Assembly: GCA_964016885.1 (NCBI GenBank)
Contig: OZ024743.1
Coordinates: 49,910,001 to 49,974,000 of the forward strand
From: Eledone cirrhosa
Taxonomy: Eukaryota
DNA: 64,000 bases
Direction: 5' to 3'
Part shown: positions 56,132 to 64,000 of the stretch, piece after piece
How positions within the stretch are numbered: the stretch's first letter is position 1
How the letters are laid out: each line of letters begins with the position of its first letter
Notes under the pieces: model-generated
Databases searched by the model: none
The model's input: only the letters and a program-made list of their open reading frames with translations
What the model was told of the DNA's origin: nothing
Position numbers and translations under genes: made by a program

Positions 56132-56964
56132 TAAATATATATATTTTTTTACCTGGGAGTGAAAGGCTCCCAGTTGTCACAACATACATACATACATACA
56201 GGCAGACAGACAGGGGGACAGACAGGCATCTCTACATGCATACAAATATATGTGCGTGTGTGTATGTTTACACGGACACATATATATATTTATGTGTGTA
56301 TATGTATATGTGTGTATATATGTGTGTGTGTATGTCTGTGTGTGTGTCTACGTGTTTATTTATATGTGTTTATTCATATGTGTATCTATGAATATAATTT
56401 GGCGTGTTAAAAAGATGGTGAAGTTATCTCTGGTTTGTTCTTGCACTGAACACAAGCAATGAGCTGCTAATATTGTGGAGATTCCAGAAAGTTCAGTCGC
56501 TCAATAAAGGTTTACTATAGATTATTGTATAATACAATGTTTCTATATTGGGTGAGGACATCAAAGTATAAGATAAAGGTTTATCATAGATTATATAACA
56601 GTGGAAATATTTCTTTACTGGGTGAGAACATCAAAGGAACGTTTCTTTAGATGTCCAAATATTTCATCTCCATGCTACTGGCGGTTTAGTCAGACAATAA
56701 GAATTATCATATATAATGTATATGTGATATATGTAGACATTGCGTGTGTTCAGACATAACCTATTCAAAGACACACACATATGCTTTTATATATATGTGT
56801 GTGTGGGTGTATAAATATATATATACACGCACATATATATAAAAGCATATATACATACATACATATATGTGTTTGTGTGTGTGAATATGTTTGTATGTTT
56901 GTATACATATATATATATATATATATATACACATATTTATATACATATATATATATATACACAC

Positions 56965-57003
<39 letters not shown>

Positions 57004-57023
57004 TACATATACATGTGTATGTG

Positions 57024-57096
<73 letters not shown>

Positions 57097-57560
57097 GCGT
57101 GTATGTGTGCATCTGTTTATATGTGTGCGTGTTTATATACGTGTACGGCTGTTTGAGTGTGTCTGGGGGTGGGGGGTACGGTATACAGAGAGAGAAAGAG
57201 AAGTAAGAAGACATTGTAGAAACAACAAATAAACAGAGGGAAATTAAGCGACATCAAAGATAAAGAGTGTTGGTAGCTGGCAAGATGGTTCACCAACAGA
57301 GAACAACTCACCATCTCTGTCTGACATCTTATACATCTACAAAAACGGCACACACCACTCACACATACATACACACATACATATACAGAAATAGACACAC
57401 ACTCGTATATATATCTATATAATATATATATATATATATAGATATATATATACTCTTTTACTCTTTTACCTGTTTCAGCCATCCGGCTGAGGCCATGCTG
57501 GGGCACCGATATATTTATATGTGTGTGTGTGTGTGTAAATAATCACCAAACTAAGAAATA

Positions 57561-57741
57561 ATTGTTTCTACTTTAGGCACAAGGCCAGCAATTACCCAGT
57601 GCATTACTGGTACTTTATTTTATCGACCCCGTAAGGATGAAAGGCAAAGTCAACCTCGGCGGGATTTGAACTCAGATCATAAAGGGACGTAACTATGCTG
57701 GAAAGCATGGCGTCCGACCCTCTACCGATACTGCCAATCCA
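57561..57741 (-). mobile_element. tRNA-derived SINE
   Basis: Nearly identical to 13181-13363. Confidence 0.88.
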
Positions 57742-57818
57742 CATAATGGCAACAAACAAGAAACAGATAATGTACAGATGGCATCAGGATCTAGAAGTGA
57801 CAACACACACACATACAG

Positions 57819-57851
<33 letters not shown>

Positions 57852-58000
57852 AATATATATATATAGGAACAAGTATGACCCCGACGGCAGAGCTCAAGCC
57901 GTTTCGACGGCTAATTCTGGACAGAATTAGCCGTCGAAACGGCTTGAGCTCTGTCGTCGGGGTCATACTTGTTCCTATTACCCACTCTACTACCCCTTAA

Positions 58001-59161
58001 CCCTGATAATGTACTCCCGCTACGTTGATGATATAAACATCGTAGTAAAACACCCCCACTAGAGAACAGGCAGGAATTAGAGAAAAACACAATGGAAAGC
58101 ATCCAGCAAATAGCTAACTGCATCCACCAGAGTATTAGAGTTACTATAGACTACCCAAGCAAACACCCCAACCATCGATTACCTGTACTAGACACAGAGC
58201 TCTGGTTAGATACCATTAATAACAAAAAACAAATCCTCCATTCCCATTATGCCAAACCCATGACTTCCAAATATCTGATCCACCGAAACTCAGCTGTTTC
58301 GGACCATACCAAAATCAACATACTGATTGCGGATTTGGTACGGGTGATGAGAAACGTGTCCCGCATGTGCAACCCCGAAGAACTAGAGAGACACATACAA
58401 CACTTCATCCACCGTATGCAGTTCTCTGGTTACAATCAGAGAGGTAAAATCAGAGTGTATAGAGGAGCCAGAACCAAATGGGAAAAAATGGTAAATAATG
58501 ACACAAATGGGACCTGCCCCTTGTATAGGAGCAAATTTTGGAATAGAATAGAAAGAACTAGGAATAAGGCTAATAGAATAAACTCATGGTATGATAGAAA
58601 TAAATACCAGAGTGTAATGTTCATCGATACAAGCCCTAGAGGTGAATTAGCTTACACATTTAGAAGGGCCCTAGATAAACATAAACTCAATATTAAGATA
58701 GTAGAAAGACCAGGTACCTCCATAAAAACACTTATTAGCAAGACATACCCTTTTCAAAGACCCCCACCCCCTGTATAGATAAGAAATGTATAACCTGTAA
58801 ATTAAGCCCCCATATTAACTGTAAAACTAGAAATGTAGTATATAGCATAAGATGTACTGAAGGACAATGTAGAGACAAAAATATAGTGTACATAGGTGAG
58901 ACAGCTCGTAGCGTAGGGGAACGGATAAATGAACACTGGCGAGACCTTCAAGATAGTAAAGAATCATCTGTACTCTACCAACATGCTAAAATAGAACATA
59001 AGGGTAAATTAGAGAACATAGAAATAAAAATGGAATCTACACACAGAAAAGACGCAATGTTTAGACAAATCACAGAGGCAATAAACATAAAAGAATTACA
59101 ACCAAAATTAAATAGAAAACATGAACAGCAACATAAGAACTTACAATTAAGGACAAAATGA
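58001..59161 (+). pseudogene. Penelope-like element RT (C-terminal half) + GIY-YIG endonuclease, two frameshifts; possibly Naiad-type
   Basis: MYSRYVDDINIV at 58009-58044; DYPSKHPNHRLPVLD; CITC..CKTRNVVYSIRC..YIGETARSVGERINEH..LYQH..RQITEA..KLN. Confidence 0.92.
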
Positions 59162-59351
59162 AAACACACACGCACATAGAACAAACAACCAACCTGTAAC
59201 ATGTAAATAAACAAATAAATAAACGAATATAAACACACACAGACACCCGGATGTGGCGCATGCGCAGACTGAGCACACAACACACACACAGAAACAAGAT
59301 GGCGTAGGACAGAACAAAGGAGAGGCACAAAAACAAAGAAAAGAATCCCCA

Positions 59352-59394
59352 GTCACTGAAGAGGTCACAGAATGTGTGACGAAAGAACTTTGAC
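59352..59394 (+). ncRNA. Minimal type-I hammerhead in the 3' pseudo-LTR of the Penelope-like element
   Basis: GTCA CTGAAGA G GTCACA-GAATG-TGTGAC GAAA GAAC TT TGAC, ~190 nt after the GIY-YIG stop. Confidence 0.8.
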
Positions 59395-59608
59395 AATATA
59401 TAAACAACCATCTGGTTGTGGAACCAACCAACCAACCAACCGGAAATTTATAAATTCCTAAATTTATACATTTATTATAATAAATTGAAGTGAAAGCAAC
59501 TGGTGCGTGTATTTCTTATTGGCAACATGACCCTCCCAAAGTATAACAATATCGGTTTCAACACACGTCTTCAGATAAAGAATCTTGCTAAACAAATTCA
59601 GAAACGAA

Positions 59609-59645
<37 letters not shown>

Positions 59646-59845
59646 GGAAAAGAGTCAGGACCCCGACAGCAGGGCTCACGCCGTTTCGACGGCTATTTCT
59701 GGACTCATATATACACTATATATATATATATATATATGTAGTCTCTATTCCAAGTACAAGCTGTGCTTTGATTTCTTGCCCCAAGTTTAGACACCTTTTT
59801 TTCAGTGAATGAAGTGGCTTCAAGACCTTTTGGAGGATAGGAGGA

Positions 59846-59907
<62 letters not shown>

Positions 59908-60240
59908 AAGAAAGACAGAAAGGAAGAAAAAAAGAAAGGTATTGTCAAACCTGTGACCTGGAATATTTGATTATTTCAGAATTAAACACCTAATAACCCA
60001 AATACAAACATTCTTTGTTTGAGAAAAATACAAACTAAACCAAAACACGGTTAAACGTCTCAGTTTCAGAATCAATAGAGAAGCCATATTGATATGAACG
60101 AATATCTATCATTATCGTAAATGTCATTTATCTCAAGTCATCGATCGACAGTCAAAAAGATTCTAGCTCTAATCACCTTGACAACAGCTTCTATAGATGG
60201 TTCTTGTTATATGTTATTTACTTGTAGTAAGTTATTTGGT

Positions 60241-60533
60241 CACCATGGGAGACTGACTATTGTTAGGGAGACAATGTCACTGTGTCATCATGGGAGACTG
60301 ACTATTGTTAGGGAGACAATGTCACTGTGTCGCCATGGGAGACTGGCTATTGTTAGGGAGACAATGTCACTGTGTCACCATGGGAGACCGACTATTGTTA
60401 GGGAGACAATGTCACTGTGTCGCCATGGGAGACTGGCTATTGTTAGGGAGACAATGTCACTGTGTCACCATGGGAGACTGACTATTGTTAGGGAGACAAT
60501 GTCACTGTGTCACCATGAGAGACTGGCTATTAC
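60241..60533. repeat. 45-bp minisatellite, ~6.5 copies
   Basis: Unit CACCATGGGAGACTGACTATTGTTAGGGAGACAATGTCACTGTGT. Confidence 0.95.
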
Positions 60534-60728
60534 TAATATTGTGTATGGAGGACAATGTCATTGATGTGTTGTGTGTATCATACATGCATAAACACACACA
60601 CACAGACACACGCAGACACACACACACAGACACGCACGCACACACACGCACAGACACACGCAGACACACACACACAGACACGCACGCACACACACGCACA
60701 CACGCACACACGCACACACACACGCACG

Positions 60729-60868
<140 letters not shown>

Positions 60869-61021
60869 TAACAATAGGTAAGCCCTTCAGTTGCTAAAGT
60901 GGATGAGAGACGTGAGGGAAAATATGTGTCAAAAACAAAAATAGTGTCAAAAATTAAACAGTTGTCTTTATTAAAGAACTATTATTTCGGTAGTCATATT
61001 TCACAGACATCTTGTAATGTC

Positions 61022-64000
61022 TGTTGTTGTTGGGGTGGTGGTGGTGTTGTTGTTGTGTTGTTGTTGTTATGGTGGTGGTGTTGTTGTTGTGGTGTTGTTG
61101 TGGTGGTGTTGTTGTTGTGTTGTTGTTGTGCTGTTGTTGTGGTATTGTTGTTGGGGTGGTGGTGTTGTTGTTGTTGTTGTTGTTGTGGTGTTGTTGTTGT
61201 TGTGTTGTTGTTGTGGTGGTGCTGTTGTTGTGGTGTTGTTGTTGGGGTGGTGGTGGTGTTGTTGTTGTGTTGTTGTTGTGGTGGTGTTGTTGTTGTGTTG
61301 TTGTGGTTGTGCTGTTGTTGTGGTGTTGTTGTTGTGGTGATGGTGGTGTTGTTGTTGTTGTTGTGGTGGTGTTGTTGTTGTTGTTGTGTTGTTGTGGTGT
61401 TGTTGTGGTGTTGTTGTTGTGTTGTTGTTGTGTTGTGTTGTTGTTGTGGTGGTGCTGTTGTTGTGGTGTTGTTGTTGTTGTGGTGGTGGTGGTGTTGTTG
61501 TTGATGTGGTGGTGTTGTTGTTGTGGTGTTGTTGTTGTGGTGTTGTTGTGGTGTTGTTGTTGTGGTGGTGTTGCTGTTGTGTTGTTGTGGTGGTGCTGTT
61601 GTTGTGGTGTTGCTGTTGTTGTGGTGATGGTGGTGTTGTTGTTGTTGTGTTGTTGTTGTGGTGTTGTTGTGGTGTTGTTGTTGTGTTGTTGTGGTGGTGT
61701 TGTTGTGGTGGTGGTGGTGTTGTTGTTGTGTTGTTGTTGTTGTTGTTATGGTGGTGGTGTTGTTGTTGTTGTGGTGTTGTTGTGTTGTTGTTGTGGTGGT
61801 GCTGTTGTTGTGGTGTTGTTGTTATTGTGGTGGTGGTGTTGTTGTTGTTGTTGTGGTAATGTTGTGGTGTTGTTGTGGTGTTGTTGTGTTGTGGTGGTGT
61901 TGTTGTGGTGGTGGTGGTGTTGTTGTGGTGTTGTTGTGGTGGTGTTGTTGTGGTGGTGGTGGTGGTGTTGTTGTTGTGTTGTTGATGTTGCTATGGTGGT
62001 GGTGTTGTTGTTGTGGTGTTGTTGTTGTGGTGGTGTTGTTGTTGGGGTGGTGTTGTTGTTGTGTTGTTGTGTTGTTGTTGTTGTTGTGGTGGTGAGGTGG
62101 TGGTGGTTGTGGTGTTGTTGTTGTGTTGTTGTTGTTGTTGTTGTTGTTGTGTTGTTGTTGTTGTTGTGTTGTTGTTGTTGTTGTTGTGTTGTTGTTGTTG
62201 TGGTGGTGGTGTTGTTGTTGTGTTGTTGTTGTGGTGGTGCTGTTGTTGTGGTGTTGTTGTTGTTGTGGTGATGGTGGTGTTGTTGTTGTGGTGGTGTTGT
62301 TGTTGTTGTTGTGTTGTTGTTGTTGTTGTTATGGTGGTGGTGGTGGTGTTGTTGTTGTGGTGGTGTTGTTGTGGTGGTGTTGTTGTTGAGGTGGTGTTGT
62401 TGTTGTGTTGTTGTGTTGTTGTTGTGGTGGTGGTGGTCGTGTTGTTGTTGTGTTGTTGTTGTTCTTGTTGTAGTTGTTGTTGTTGTTGTGTTGTTGTTGT
62501 TGTTGTTGTGTTGTTGTTGTTGTTGTTGTTGTGTTGTTGTTGTTGTTGTTGTGTTGTTGTTGTGGTGTTTTTGTTGTGGTGTTGTTGTGGTGTTGTTGTT
62601 GTGGTGGTGTTGTTGTTGTGTTGTTGTGGTGGTGCTGTTGTTGTGGTGTTGCTGTTGTTGTGGTGTTGCTGTTGTTGTGGTGATGGTGGTGTTGTTGTTG
62701 TTGTGTTGTTGTTGTGGTGTTGTTGTGGTGTTGTTGTTGTGTTGTTGTGGTGGTGTTGTTGTGGTGGTGGTGGTGTTGTTGTTGTGTTGTTGTTGTTGTT
62801 GTTATGGTGGTGGTGTTGTTGTTGTTGTGGTGTTGTTGTTGTGTCGTTGTTGTGGTGGTGCTGTTGTTGTGGTGTTGTTGTTATTGTGGTGGTGTTGTTG
62901 TTGTTGTTGTTGTGGTAATGTTGTGGTGTTGTTGTGGTGTTGTTGTGTTGTTGTGGTGGTGTTGTTGTGGTGGTGGTGGTGTTGTTGTGGTGTTGTTGTG
63001 GTGGTGTTGTTGTGGTGGTGGTGGTGTTGTTGTTGTGTTGTTGATGTTGCTATGGTGGTGGTGTTGTTGTTGTGGTGTTGTTGTTGTGGTGGTGTTGTTG
63101 TTGGGGTGGTGTTGTTGTTGTGTTGTTGTGTTGTTGTTGTTGTGGTGGTGAGGTGGTGGTGGTTGTGGTGTTGTTGTTGTGTTGTTGTTGTTGTTGTTGT
63201 GTTGTTGTTGTTGTTGTGTTGTTGTTGTTGTTGTTGTGTTGTTGTTGTTGTGGTGGTGGTGTTGTTGTTGTGGTGGTGGTGTTGTTGTTGTGTTGTTGTT
63301 GTGGTGGTGCTGTTGTTGTGGTGTTGTTGTTGTTGTGGTGATGGTGGTGTTGTTGTTGTGGTGGTGTTGTTGTTGTTGTTGTGTTGTGGTAGTGGTATTG
63401 TTGTTGTGTTGTTGTTGATGTTGTAATGGTGGTGGTGTTGTTGTTGTGGTGGTGTTGTTGTGGTGGTGTTGTTGTTGAGGTGGTGTTGTTGTTGTGTTGT
63501 TGTGTTGTTGTTGTGGTGGTGGTGGTCGTGTTGTTGTTGTTGTGTTGTTGTTGTTCTTGTTGTTGTTGTTGTTGTGTTGTTGTTGTTGTTGTTGTGTTGT
63601 TGTTGTTGTTGTTGTTGTGTTGTTGTTGTGGTGGTGGTGTTGTTGTTGTGGTGTTGTTGATGTTGTGGTGGTGGTGTTGTTGTTGTGGTGTTGTTGTTGT
63701 TGTGGTGGTGGTGTTGTTGTTGATGTTGTTGTGGTGGTGGTGGTGGTGGTGTTGTTGTTGTGTTGTTGTTGGTGGTGGTGATGGTGGTGGTTGTTGTTGT
63801 GGTGTTGTTGTTGTTTTTGTGGTGTTGTTGTTGTTGTTGTGGTGGTGGTGGTTGTTGTTGTGGTGGTGGTGTTGTTGTTGTGTTGTTGTTGCTGTTGTTG
63901 TGGTGGTGGTTGTTGTTGTTGTGGTGGTGGTGGTGGTGGCGGTGGTTGTCGTTGTGGTGGTGGTGGTGGTGTGGTTGTTGCTGTTGTTGCTGTTGTTGCT
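61022..64000. repeat. (GTT/GGT)n compound array with ~1.06-kb internal duplication
   Basis: Landmarks GTGGTAATG and GATGTTGCTATGG recur ~1058 bp apart. Confidence 0.95.

Noticed and set aside
58770-59161. Selenocysteine-recoded PLE (reported for some Naiads)
   Set aside because: All conserved Cys positions are TGT; no in-frame TGA before the terminal stop
59540-59580. Minus-strand CTGAAGA...GAAAC hammerhead-like string
   Set aside because: Stem II cannot pair and it overlaps the protein-constrained ORF start; likely chance

Overview
Repeat-saturated, apparently gene-free (intergenic or deep-intronic) animal genomic DNA. The SINE/LINE repertoire and microsatellite load resemble an octopus (coleoid cephalopod) genome; this is inferred from recalled repeat sequences, not from a search. 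Almost every long ORF in the track is a microsatellite artefact. Real coding remnants are all transposon fossils: RTE, RTE-X, L1/Tx1 and R4/Dong LINE fragments, a decayed mariner transposase, and a Penelope-like element (YVDD RT + GIY-YIG). The most interesting signal is non-coding. At least 7 type-I hammerhead-ribozyme-like motifs (several complete) plus several half-motifs sit in short, often fold-back, Penelope-type fragments inserted in (TA)n tracts. Several unrelated-looking families of these fragments share an ACTC-loop-GAGTRC hairpin about 40-55 nt from their 3' end. Other highlights are a 2.4-kb 27-bp satellite amplified out of a tRNA-SINE head and a clear partitioning of retroelement families among different microsatellite targets. 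No host protein-coding exon, CRISPR array, rRNA or intact tRNA could be supported.
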